64,000 nt of DNA from assembly GCA_963816145.1 (NCBI GenBank), contig CAWFJP010000017.1, positions 224,001-288,000 on the forward strand, given 5' to 3'. This DNA is from an uncultured delta proteobacterium (GTDB lineage: Bacteria > Desulfobacterota > Binatia > UBA9968). A program made the position numbers and the translations under genes. A model generated the notes under the pieces. That model had not been told where the DNA came from. It was given only the letters and a program-made list of their open reading frames with translations, and did no database searches. This document shows, one piece after another, positions 30,401 through 40,242 of the stretch (positions are counted from its first letter, which is position 1; every line of letters starts with the position of its first letter).

Positions 30401-32788
30401 TTGAAATCTAAGCGATTAGAAATAGGGGCAGTTGTCGTAGTAATAGCCTGCCTCTTGTGGTTTTGTCAGGATCTGGTCTTTGATGGCGAGGTGCCGTTTT
30501 ATCGCGACTTAACCAATTATTTCTATCCGTTGCGTCATAGCCTATGGGAGAGCTTCCGAATTGGCGATCTTGGTCTCTGGAATCGCCATTTTGCTCAAGG
30601 CTTTCCAAACCTCGCCGCTTTTCAGACCGGGGTATTTTATCCACCGCACTGGACTTTTTTGGTTTTACCCTTATATGCGTCGCTTCGCACACTTTTTATT
30701 TTTCATTTCCTAGTTGCTGGTTTGGGTAGTTATTTGTTGCTACGGCGTGGGCACTACAGCACGACTGGGCAAATCATCGGGGCCCGTTGTTTCCCTTAGG
30801 CGGGATAGTGGTTTCACTAACCAACCTTCTCAATCATTTCCAATCAGCAGTCTGGCTCCCATGGCTTCTAGTCACATGGGAGCGGTTACTGCTTTCGCCA
30901 CGGTGGCGTTGTTTCGTCGACTTTACCCTGATTGCGTCACTGCAGTTCCTAGCCGGGTCGCCGGAGATCACCGCCCTGAGCATGTTTCTAGCGCTGGTCA
31001 AAGGATTTTCACTTCGTCCATCACAAACGCAAATTACTTCGGGCCGGATAATTGGCTTCGCGATCCTTGGTAACATAGTCATGCTGAGCTTGATTATGGT
31101 CCAAGTTCTGCCGACCGTGGAACTTATCTTAGAGTCCCGGCGCGGTCATTCAATCCCGGCATCTGAGTCATTCATGTGGTCGCTTGAGCCGCTGAGTTTG
31201 ATCAATCTATTTTTGCCTGACAGTGAAGTTGATCGTTCTATCGGCGTTGGAATTGTCTATTATTTTGGCCGAAAAGTACCGCTCTTTTTATCCATGTATT
31301 TGGGACTTATTAGCCTCTACGGAATCGCCTTATGGATGTACTATAGCGCACGCCGGGAAATCATCGCTTTGACCTTCCTGATTTTAATGTCATTGGCGCT
31401 CGCCATGGGGGGTAACGCCCTAGTATATCCGTTCTTTTTCCATTATCTGCCGTTTCTCTCCGCGGTCCGTTTCCCAGAAAAATTTTTCTTTATTGCCAAC
31501 GCACTTTTGATCGTGGTCAGCTTGAGCGGATTACAGAGTTTCCTGATGGACGACTCCAAGAGAATGAAAGGGGCGCCGGTTATTCTTGGTACGATTTGTT
31601 TGAGCTGGCTCGGTTTGTATCTCTATCTAAACTTCCATTCGGAGATACTTAGCAATTTTATTGCGCTCAGTTATCGAGACGCAGCATCCCCAAAAGGGAT
31701 CGGTGATTTGACGATCGGCGCTTTGACGAACATACAACGACAGGTAATTTTGTCCTTCGCGATTTTGTTTCTACTGTTGTTCACCAAAACAGGCAAAATA
31801 CGACCTGTCCTATTTTCCGTGTTGCTGGTTGCGGTGGTTTACGTCGACCTCACCTGGGCGCATAAGAGTTATCTCTTTCCGGTCCATCCTGAAAAACTCT
31901 TGGCGTCGCCGCCCATTATTGACCCAGCGCAGACCCAACAAACCAGATTATTCTATTATCCCTCAGCAAATGATCTTCACCCAGCGTATTTAACCGTACG
32001 CGGTCAGCCGACTTTTGAACAAGCAGTCGCGCTCTCGTATCAAAATTACCTGCCCAATGTTGGCACGCTCTACGGCATCGACTATTTTCAAGAAATTGAC
32101 GCGCTCGGTCGGCGCGACTATAGCGATTTCCTGAAGGTAGCTAACGGCCTGCCGTTGGAGGGGCAAATAAAATTGCTCGGTACGTTTAATGTAAAATATC
32201 TGGTTAGTTTCCGTAATTTGCCGGAGCGAGATATTCACCTAGTGCGCCGGTTCCCGCAATACCTCTCATGGCTTTATGAGATCAAGTCGGTTGTGCCACG
32301 GGCATATATCGTCACCAAATTTTCTGTGGAAAAGGAATCGGTAAAAATTTTGCAGCGGCTCTCCGTTAAAGACTTTGATCCACTAAGGGAAGTTGTCCTC
32401 GATTCAGATGTTTCACTTGTTCCGCCGGCTTCGTCTTCTGCTCGGGTTGACATTCAGCGCTACGAAAATAGCATAGTTACCATCGTTACGGCGACCTGGC
32501 GAAAGCATTTTAGTTTTGGCAGATTCCTTCTATCCGGGCTGGAAGGCATATGTGGATGGTACTGAGACCGCAATTCTTCGCGCCAATCACTTCTATCGGG
32601 CCGTGCGATTACCTAGTGGAGTACATCAAGTCGAATTTCGCTACGAACCTCGGTCGTTCATGATTGGCGCGATGATTTCACTGGCCACTCTGATTGTGAT
32701 GATTTTGATATCGATCCGCCTGTTCGTGCGACAGCGCAAATGTGCCCCCTCGCGCGTTGTCGCTTCTGTAGAAATGCTGCAAATTTAA
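30401..32788 (+). CDS. YfhO-family multi-TM GT-C glycosyltransferase-like protein, split by frameshifts (~30770-30790, ~32500)
   Basis: Three consecutive ORF pieces: RDL..YFYP/LWN....GFP...Q.GVFYP; QFLAGSP...LP..EL; DSFYPGWKAYVDG...RANHFYRAV.LPSG.HQVEFRYEP. Confidence 0.75.
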
Positions 32789-33546
32789 TGAATCAAATCG
32801 AGAGTGGGTCTGCCGCCATCAAAGCGGCCTCGGGACCTGGTCAAGGCCAGCGTCCCGTGGCGATCATTGTCGCTTTATTCATACTTATATTTGTAGCTAT
32901 TTCACTGAGTGCCGTGCGACAAAAATCACCCACTGCCGATGAAACTTTTCATTTGGCTTCGGGTTATAGCTATTTGAAGTGGGCGGATTTTCGACTTAAT
33001 CCAGAGCATCCACCCTTAGCCAAACTGATTGCAGCGTTGCCATTGTTGGCTCTCAACAACGACGACACGCCACTGACCAGGGAACAGCGAGATACAGTAC
33101 AGGTCAATGGAGTCAACGGCTGGCGGTTGGCAAACCAATGGATATTTTCCCGCAACGATGCTGAGTCAATGCTCATTTATGCTCGACTGCCCATGCTTTT
33201 GGTGGCGGGATTACTTGGCTTATTGGTATTCGCTTGGACGCGGGAACTCTACGGTTTGTCCGCCGCTTTTGCGTCACTAGTTCTTTACGTTTTCGATCCG
33301 AACATGTTGGCTTACGCCCCGCTGATTCACACGGATATCCCGTTTGCGCTGACCCTGTTTGGCGGCACTTATTTTTTTTGGCGCACGTTGAGAGAAATCA
33401 CTTGGCTCAACTGGTTGACAACCGTGGTGTTTTTTTCGGCAGCGGCGATTACCAAGTTCTCTTTCATAGTCGTACCGCCGATCTGGGGTGTTTTGGCTAT
33501 TGCACGAGTTGTTTCATCAGAACCGCTGCACTCCAGGGCCAGTTGA
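32788..33546 (+). pseudogene. Truncated ArnT/PMT-like (GT39/GT83) glycosyltransferase
   Basis: SPT.DE..H...GY, NPEHPPLAKL, ARLP, DPN.LA, TKFS. Ends after ~253 aa, directly into a terminator hairpin. Confidence 0.65.
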
Positions 33547-33547
33547 T

Positions 33548-33580
33548 AGAAGGGGGTGGCCACTGGGCCACCCCTTTCTT
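33548..33580 (+). terminator. Intrinsic terminator
   Basis: AGAAGGGGGTGGCC-ACTG-GGCCACCCCTTTCT. Confidence 0.75.
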
Positions 33581-33845
33581 GTGTTACATGTAAACCGATC
33601 CGTTAAAAGTGATTCTCGATAATCTTAATTGCTAATCGTTATGCGCTGTTCTTGCGCAAAACACCCGTGGCCTCGATCGGCCATTTCATTCTTGTTTACC
33701 GCGCTAAAAAGTGAACCCAAAGTTTTTCTCGCGCGGTCGCGTTCGACAACAATTTCGCAGTAAGCCAGTGACGTAGTTGCTGTACTAGCCAAGACCCGTC
33801 ATCCGCCTTATAATAGCAGTAGTAACAATCCTAAGGAGCATCGAT

Positions 33846-34256
33846 ATGAAAAACTTTCTAATATTGACCTTGGTCTCAGTCCCTCAGCTTTTCTTAATGA
33901 CCCCAGTGTTTGCCCAAGCCTTCGGCGAGTACGGCAGAGCAGTTGGTGGACTTCCTCAGGGTGTGGGCCCGAGAACCCCGGGAAGCGCACCGCAAGCAGG
34001 TTCGGGAACGGGAGAGTTTGGCAATCTCGGTGGTAGAGCACTCCCAATCCGTCTCGTGGTGGCGACTAAGGAAGCCGGCTTATATCCTAAACAGGATGAC
34101 GAATCGGAAAAACTTGGCCAACTTGCACAGGGAGAAACCCTGGTGCCGATGGTGCAAAGCAGCGGCGGCAACGACTGGTATATGGTTAAGACCCAGAAAG
34201 GTGTGATTGGGTGGGTGAAATCTGTCGATGTCAAAGAGGAGAAAGCAAAAAAATAA
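33846..34256 (+). CDS. Secreted SH3b-domain protein
   Basis: Signal peptide (..VFA|Q), G/P-rich linker, LY...S..LGQL.QGE.L...WY.VKT.KG.IGWV; AAGGAG RBS. Confidence 0.75.
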   Translation: MKNFLILTLVSVPQLFLMTPVFAQAFGEYGRAVGGLPQGVGPRTPGSAPQAGSGTGEFGNLGGRALPIRLVVATKEAGLYPKQDDESEKLGQLAQGETLVPMVQSSGGNDWYMVKTQKGVIGWVKSVDVKEEKAKK

Positions 34257-34437
34257 AGTTTTAGTTTATGCGACGAGGCAAGAAGGTCGATTCGACATCG
34301 AGCACGATACATCGGGCAGATCGGCTACCCATTTCAATTAATTTGAGAAGTAGGCGTTTTCACCCTGCTAAATTACCGCACGTCGCATCAAATTTATTCC
34401 CCAGATTTCTCGCAATGGCTCGATTGTATCCAACAAT

Positions 34438-34639
34438 ATGACGGTGGCAGAGTGGCATTCATGCTGCTCTACCACCGACTATGATATTCCCTTTCCTCAA
34501 AACGAAAAAAATTCTCATTCCAGACGTACCGCCGCCAAGCGCTCGAGAGTCCGAAGCAGGGCTGGTGATCGCCGGGATCGGAATTTTCTGCGCTTCGGTG
34601 GTAATTGCGGCGATGCTTTTCGTCTTTCTCGGCGCTTAA
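34438..34639 (+). CDS. Possible small membrane protein broken by a poly-A frameshift
   Basis: Removing one A from the A-run at ~34505 joins DIPFPQNEK to ILIPDVPPP...GLVIAGIGIFCASVVIAAMLFVFLGA*. Confidence 0.3.
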
Positions 34640-34872
34640 ATTGCGGCCGGCGGTTTGTGCCACTGATCGGAGACGGTGATTCATGACATGTGCATTTAGA
34701 GTTTTTTCTTTGGCCGCCCTTCTCTTGCTCGTCGCTTAACCGACAATTAGCCCAACTCCTCGGCGGTCACCCAAAAGCGGCCATTTATGGTCACCTCAAA
34801 ACCGGCCATTAAATAACGGTAGAAGCGTGCGAGACATTGACGGCGCAGCGAAGCCTTTTAGGCTCGCGCGCC

Positions 34873-36493
34873 ATGAGCAATGTCTTGAACGAAGAAAAAC
34901 AACAACAAGTACTCGTCCTTGGGCGACTTCAGTGGTCGCTGCGGCGCATCGAGGAACAGATTGGTGTTCGCCGAGAGACCGTCAGCGCGTATCTCAAAGC
35001 GGCTGGGATCGCTGTTCGCGGCCGTGGTCGCCCGGGGCGACGAGAAGTCTCAGCCCCAAGCCGTGAGCCAACGGCCAATTCGAGCGCGGCAAAACCGGCC
35101 AATCAGGTGACCACCGACTCTGGTGGGCCACCCGCAGACAAACCGCAAGCTGCACCGACAGGTCCCAGTCCCAGCGCCAGTACCTGCGAACCGTATCGCG
35201 AGAGCATAGAGCTTTGGCTGAGCCGTGGACGTAACGCCACAGCCATCTGGCAAGACCTGGTCGATCAGCACGGCTATAGCGGCGGCTATCAAACGGTCAA
35301 GCGTTTCGTCCGTAAGCTGCACGGCACTCACTGCCCTCAAGCCGTCGGTATTATTCTGACGGCACCTGGCGAAGAAGCCCAAGTCGATTACGGCACCGGT
35401 CCGATGGTGCGCGACGAGCAAAGTGGCAAGTACCGACGCACTCGGCTGTTCGTCATGACTCTGGGCTACAGCCGCAAGGCGGTACGGTCTGTTGGTCTTT
35501 CGCTCCAGTTCCCAGACCTGGGCCGAGCTCCACGAGAAAGCTTTTCGCCGTCTGGGCGGCACGACGCGTGTCGTGGTGCTCGACAATTTGCGTGAAGGCG
35601 TGCTCAAGGCCGACATCAACGATCCCACCCTCAATCCACTGTACCGCGATGTGCTGTCACACTACGGCGTGGTAGCCATGCCGTGCCGTGTCCGAGACCC
35701 GGATCGAAAAGGCAAAGTTGAAGCCGGCGTCGGACACGCCCAGAAAACTCCGCTCAAGGGGCAGCGCTTCGAGAGCTTGGAAGAGGCTCAAGCCTATCTC
35801 GATCACTGGGAGAAGCGCTGGGCCGATACCCGCATACATGGCACCACCAAGCGCCAAGTGGCAGTCATGTTCGCCGAGGAAAAGCCGTTCTTACAGCCGT
35901 TGCCGATTGAACCGTTTCGCTACTACCAGTACGGCGAGCGGGTGGTCCATCTCGATGGCTGTGTCGAAGTGGAGCGGGCTTACTACGGACTACCCTCAGG
36001 CTGGATCGGTCGGCAGGTCAAAGTCCAATGGGATGCTCTGCATGTGCGTATCCTCGATCCCAAGAATTATCAGCTCTTGCGCGAACACCTGCGCCAGTTC
36101 CCCGGCAACTACCGCATCAACGACGAGGATCGCTCTAAGAAAACTCCGCTCTCCACCGTGCAACTGTTGGCCCGAGCTGCCAAGGCCGGTCCCCATATCG
36201 GCCAGCTCTGCCAGGCGATCTATCGCAACGAAGCCCAACTCGGCATCCGCCGTATTCTCGGTGTCATGGCGCTCGCCAAAAAGCATGGCGTGGCTGCTGT
36301 CGACGATGCCTGCGCTGCGGCTCTCGATCTGGGCGTGGAGAGCTACCGCTTCGTGCGCCGCTATCTGGAACGCCGTCCCCAGCTCTCGCTGCGCCATGTC
36401 GATCCGCTGATCCGGGAACTGTCCGAATACCGTGATCTGATCAACCTCAGAACCAAAGACAATGAAAAGGAGCAAGAAAATGAATCTGATTGA
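34873..36493 (+). CDS. istA: IS21 transposase IstA (one frameshift near 35490)
   Basis: HTH N-terminus, PGEEAQVDYG, FVMTLGYSR | VVLDNLREGV, RKGKVEAGV, RIHGTT. Confidence 0.9.
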
Positions 36494-37235
36494 ACTCAAC
36501 CGTGCCTTGAAGCAACTGCGCCTGGGCGGTATGGCCGCCGTCTTGGAAACCCGTTTACTCCAGGCTCAGGCCCAATCGATGGCCCCCATCGATCTGATCT
36601 CCTGTCTGATCTCCGATGAACTCTCGCGCAGGAGTAATCGATTGCTGGAGCGGCGCCAAAAACAAACGCAGTTTCGTGACCCGCAGAAAACTCTGGACAG
36701 CTTCGATTTCTCTTTCAACAAGAAACTCAACCGTAGTCTTGTCTTCGATCTGGCCACCGCCGGCTTTATCGCTAAGCATGAAGACGCCCTCTTTTTAGGT
36801 CCGCCCGGCACCGGTAAGTCGCATTTGGCTCAGGCTATAGGTCTGGCTGCCATCCAACAAAACTACCGCGTGCTCTACCGTGAAACCCATACGCTTCTCG
36901 ATGAGATCGCTGAAGCCACCATCGACGGCTCGCGCAAGCAACACATGGAACTACTGGCCACCGTGCCGCTGCTCATCATCGATGATCTCGGTATGCGTAA
37001 ACTCCCATCGACAGCGGCTGAGGATCTGCTGGAAATCGTCATGCGCCGCTACGAGCGGGCCAGCACTTTGATGACCTCCAATCGCCCGGTGGAGGACTGG
37101 GGCAAATTACTCGGCGATAGCGCAGCGGTCTCGGCCATGCTCGATCGCTTACTGCATCACGGCCATGTCCTAAAATGCGGCCCTCGTAGTTGGAGAACTA
37201 AAATGGACTTGCCTGATCAGGAGGCAAAAAGCTAA
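36480..37235 (+). CDS. istB: IS21 helper AAA+ ATPase IstB
   Basis: GPPGTGKSHLA, LLIIDDLG, TSNRP..DW, AMLDRLLHH. Confidence 0.95.
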   Translation: MNLIELNRALKQLRLGGMAAVLETRLLQAQAQSMAPIDLISCLISDELSRRSNRLLERRQKQTQFRDPQKTLDSFDFSFNKKLNRSLVFDLATAGFIAKHEDALFLGPPGTGKSHLAQAIGLAAIQQNYRVLYRETHTLLDEIAEATIDGSRKQHMELLATVPLLIIDDLGMRKLPSTAAEDLLEIVMRRYERASTLMTSNRPVEDWGKLLGDSAAVSAMLDRLLHHGHVLKCGPRSWRTKMDLPDQEAKS

Positions 37236-37404
37236 AACTATCCTGTCTCACGCGCTCCCGGTTAAATGGCCGGTTTTGAAGTGACCATAAATGACCGCTT
37301 TTGAGGTGACCATTGAGGCCCACGGCCCTCTCGCGACTTTTCACCCGTTAAATAGGGTACTCGAGGATCAAAATCTGCTGAAGTTGTTGGTACCAATATT
37401 GACT

Positions 37405-37741
37405 TCAACGAGGTCTAAGGTGTTTCTGACAGTGATCATAATTACCTTGGGCATCGCCGACAACACCCCAAAAAAGTGTCGTGAAAAGCGTTGTGAAATG
37501 AACGGCAATTTTCTCCACCGCTTCCGCTTTGTGACTTGGTCTCAAGTGAGAGCATTTTTGCAGCATCTCCAGCTCCTTCCGGCCGCCGAGTTCGTGGATG
37601 GTTCGCAGGTCCACTCCTCCGGCCATCGCCAACCTGCTTGCGAATTGACAAATTTGTCAATTATGACACGACACTTTGTGGTCCACTCCTCCGGCCATCG
37701 CCAACCTGCTTGCGAAGGTATGGCGCAGGGTATTTGGACTT
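37405..37741 (-). pseudogene. C-terminal remnant of a tyrosine recombinase/integrase
   Basis: Minus strand SPNTLRHTFASRLAMAGGVD...LRTIHELGGRKELEMLQKCSHL.PSHK.EAVEKI: box II motif, with Cys at the expected catalytic Tyr position. Confidence 0.75.
37608..37716. repeat. Perfect 37-bp direct repeat separated by a 35-bp spacer
   Basis: GGTCCACTCCTCCGGCCATCGCCAACCTGCTTGCGAA at 37608-37644 and 37680-37716. Palindrome AATTGACAAATTTGTCAATT at 37643-37662. Confidence 0.92.
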
Positions 37742-38202
37742 TGGGAGAATAAATGGAGACCGTCTGCTATCAGGCAAAGAATCCCGGACGTGTTTGTTGT
37801 GCTGAACTAAGGACAATTCAACTCCAAGCTGTGGTCATACCGAATTCGTGAAGCGATCCAAAGAGCTTCAACCCACCAAACAAACTCGCCGTGGCTTCAG
37901 AAGAGCGCACCCGTATTTATGTAAAAGTCGACTCGTGTCTACCTTGTCCGCGCTGCCTACACGGAGAGTTTTCAGCCGCCGTGACGAGTAACCAGAATCT
38001 ATTCTGAGCCATCAATGGGACCTTTTGACATTCCATATGGATTTGTTGAATCGCTCTTCTTAATTGATATGGAATGACAACTGACGGCGAACTCAACGTG
38101 CCGCTAGCAGCAAGAGGGTACGGTCACATCCTGTAGTTTTCCAATACACGGGCCTAGGATTTCAAAACTGACTTGCAGCTTTAACAGAGCAAAGTGCGCT
38201 GC

Positions 38203-38218
38203 CTGGCGTAAGTTTTGC
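38203..38218 (+). promoter_or_regulatory. Putative sigma54 promoter upstream of the biosynthetic cluster
   Basis: CTGGCGTAAGTTTTGC = GG-N10-GC with TGGC and TTGC intact, about 260 bp before asnB. Confidence 0.5.
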
Positions 38219-38475
38219 GTATCCGAAATAGCTGTGATTTCAGTTGGCGTGCTCAACTACAGGGCCCTAGTCAGTCTACTGCCTTGTGTATCGGGTATTG
38301 TCGAGAAGTCCGTGTATAGGTGAACATGGTGCAATACAACGCCGAAATAGTTGGCTCTGCCGTCAGGGTCCAGAGTCTACAAATGGGTTCCATATACGAC
38401 TCTGTCGCGCTCTTCATGTGCCCGGAGAGCGGCGAATAATTTTTTCTTAGTATTTGGCGGTTCGAAGTATTACTG

Positions 38476-40143
38476 ATGTGTGGGATTGCGGGAATAGTTG
38501 ATCCGGCGCTCGACCGAGATCAGGGCAAGATTCTACTGGAACGGATGCTAGGATCTATCCGGCACCGTGGACCCGACAATTCGTCCGTATGGATAGATCC
38601 CCCGGTGATGCTGGGACATAACCGCCTGAGCATCATCGATCTCAGCGACGCGGCCAACCAGCCGATGGAATACGGAGATCTGGTGATCGTCTACAATGGC
38701 GAGATTTACAACTACGTTGAAATCAAAAAAGAGTTGATTGAGAAAGGTTACCGCTTTCGGACGAGTTCCGACACAGAAGTCATCCTCGCGGCGTACCAAG
38801 AGTGGGGTGCGGAAAGCGTCAAGCATTTCGTCGGAATGTGGGCTTTTGCGATCTGGGACAGAGCAAAAAGAGAGCTCTTCTGCTCGCGAGACCGGTTTGG
38901 GATCAAGCCGTTCTACTATATTCATGCGGGTGACAAATTCTATTTTGGCTCCGAGTACAAGCCGTTAAAACTGTCGCCAATTTTCAGGAATAGTTTTAAC
39001 CAAGCACAAATCGCTAGGGGCTTGTTGGAAGCGATGGTGTCCTACCAAAATGAAACCTATTTTGCTTGTTTGAAAATCCTCCCACAGCGAACCAATTTGC
39101 TCTTCAAGGACGGCAGAGTAAAGGTAACCGAGTACTGGGATATCGATCCTTCAAGAAAATTTCACGCAGCCTTTGAGGAAAAGAAAGACCGGTTTTGCGA
39201 ACTCTTTCGAGACAGCACCAAAGTGCATATGCGGAGTGATGTCGAAGTCGGCGCATGCCTGAGCGGCGGCCTCGACAGCTCGTCGATCGCTTCGGTAGTG
39301 GCTACGGATTACCGGGAGGTCCCTTTAAAGACATTTAGTATTTATTACGAGGGCGAAGGCCAAATGGATGAGCGCCCTTGGATTAGAGAAGTCCTGAGAA
39401 TGTATCCTCAAATAGAGCCCGTCTTTTATAGCCCGTCAGAAGAGGATGTCAGAGAATTTTTCGACCATGCAGTCTTAATAAACGACGCCCCATTACTAAG
39501 TTCGTTGCCTCTGTCTCTTTACTTTGTGATGAAAGTCGCCAAGCACCATGGAATGAAAGTTATGCTAGACGGCCAAGGTGCCGATGAATATCTCGGCGGA
39601 TATTCACCCTCGAGCGAAAAGCAGGTCGACTGGATTTCCTTAAGTTCGGGCAAGAGACCTGAAACTTCTATCAAAACAGTTGGGGGATCTCGTTCGAAGC
39701 AATATTTATATCACTTGATGTTTGCGATGCCTTTGCCGGAGCTTCTGCACTACGGGGATCGTATGTCCATGGCTTTCTCCATAGAGTGCCGGGTACCGTT
39801 TTTGGACCATCGGTTGGTGGAATTCGTTCATTCGTTGGATGACGAGGACATCGTGGCGGAAGGGGAAACAAAATACATACTGCGGAAATCACTATACGGG
39901 TATCTGCCTCGGGGAATCGTGAATAGAATAAAAAAACAGCCATTTTTTGGAGGGGAGGCCGCGATGTGGCTACGCGGGCCTTTAAGGTTTTTGACCGAGC
40001 CGCCATTGAACTTGGATCGGCTTCGCATCTTAAACTCCGAAAAAATAGGCGGGCTGTTGGACAAGTTTAAGAGCGGCGACAACAGCGATGTGAGGTTTGT
40101 CTGGAGACTCGCGTTAACCAATTATTGGCTGAGCCAACAATAG
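38476..40143 (+). CDS. asnB: Asparagine synthetase B-like glutamine amidotransferase (cluster-associated)
   Basis: MCGIAG (Ntn Cys), HRGPD, RLSIID, NGEIYN, RDRFGIKP, LSGGLDSS, DGQGADE, RVPFLD. Confidence 0.9.
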   Translation: MCGIAGIVDPALDRDQGKILLERMLGSIRHRGPDNSSVWIDPPVMLGHNRLSIIDLSDAANQPMEYGDLVIVYNGEIYNYVEIKKELIEKGYRFRTSSDTEVILAAYQEWGAESVKHFVGMWAFAIWDRAKRELFCSRDRFGIKPFYYIHAGDKFYFGSEYKPLKLSPIFRNSFNQAQIARGLLEAMVSYQNETYFACLKILPQRTNLLFKDGRVKVTEYWDIDPSRKFHAAFEEKKDRFCELFRDSTKVHMRSDVEVGACLSGGLDSSSIASVVATDYREVPLKTFSIYYEGEGQMDERPWIREVLRMYPQIEPVFYSPSEEDVREFFDHAVLINDAPLLSSLPLSLYFVMKVAKHHGMKVMLDGQGADEYLGGYSPSSEKQVDWISLSSGKRPETSIKTVGGSRSKQYLYHLMFAMPLPELLHYGDRMSMAFSIECRVPFLDHRLVEFVHSLDDEDIVAEGETKYILRKSLYGYLPRGIVNRIKKQPFFGGEAAMWLRGPLRFLTEPPLNLDRLRILNSEKIGGLLDKFKSGDNSDVRFVWRLALTNYWLSQQ

Positions 40144-40242
40144 CCGGAGTTTTTGTGGTCGCATGATTCACCGTTCATAACCGCCGATCTCAATTTATCC
40201 GTATTGAGGCAAACCATTGCTTTAAATCATGTAAATTACGCA

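Larger units (their letters stand above)
34758..37318 (+). mobile_element. IS21-family insertion sequence (istA-istB)
   Basis: About 55 bp imperfect terminal IRs, each with two tandem GGTCAC(C/T)(T)CAAAA(G/C)CGG units: left CCTCGGCGGTCACC..., right ...GGTGACCATTGAGG. They flank a transposase and an ATPase. Confidence 0.92.

Noticed and set aside
35470-35510. Programmed frameshift in istA
   Set aside because: No slippery motif, and it falls inside the DDE domain; more likely an indel or sequencing error.
37608-37716. Bona fide CRISPR array
   Set aside because: Only two repeats, the repeat is integrase coding sequence, and no cas genes or leader are in the window. Kept only as a scar hypothesis.
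37753-37851. 32-aa Cys-containing ORF (METVCYQ...) as a RiPP precursor
   Set aside because: No leader motif or modifying enzymes; lies next to integrase debris.
38476-40143. Lasso peptide cyclase
   Set aside because: Has an intact Ntn Cys glutaminase domain; no B protein/RRE or convincing precursor nearby.
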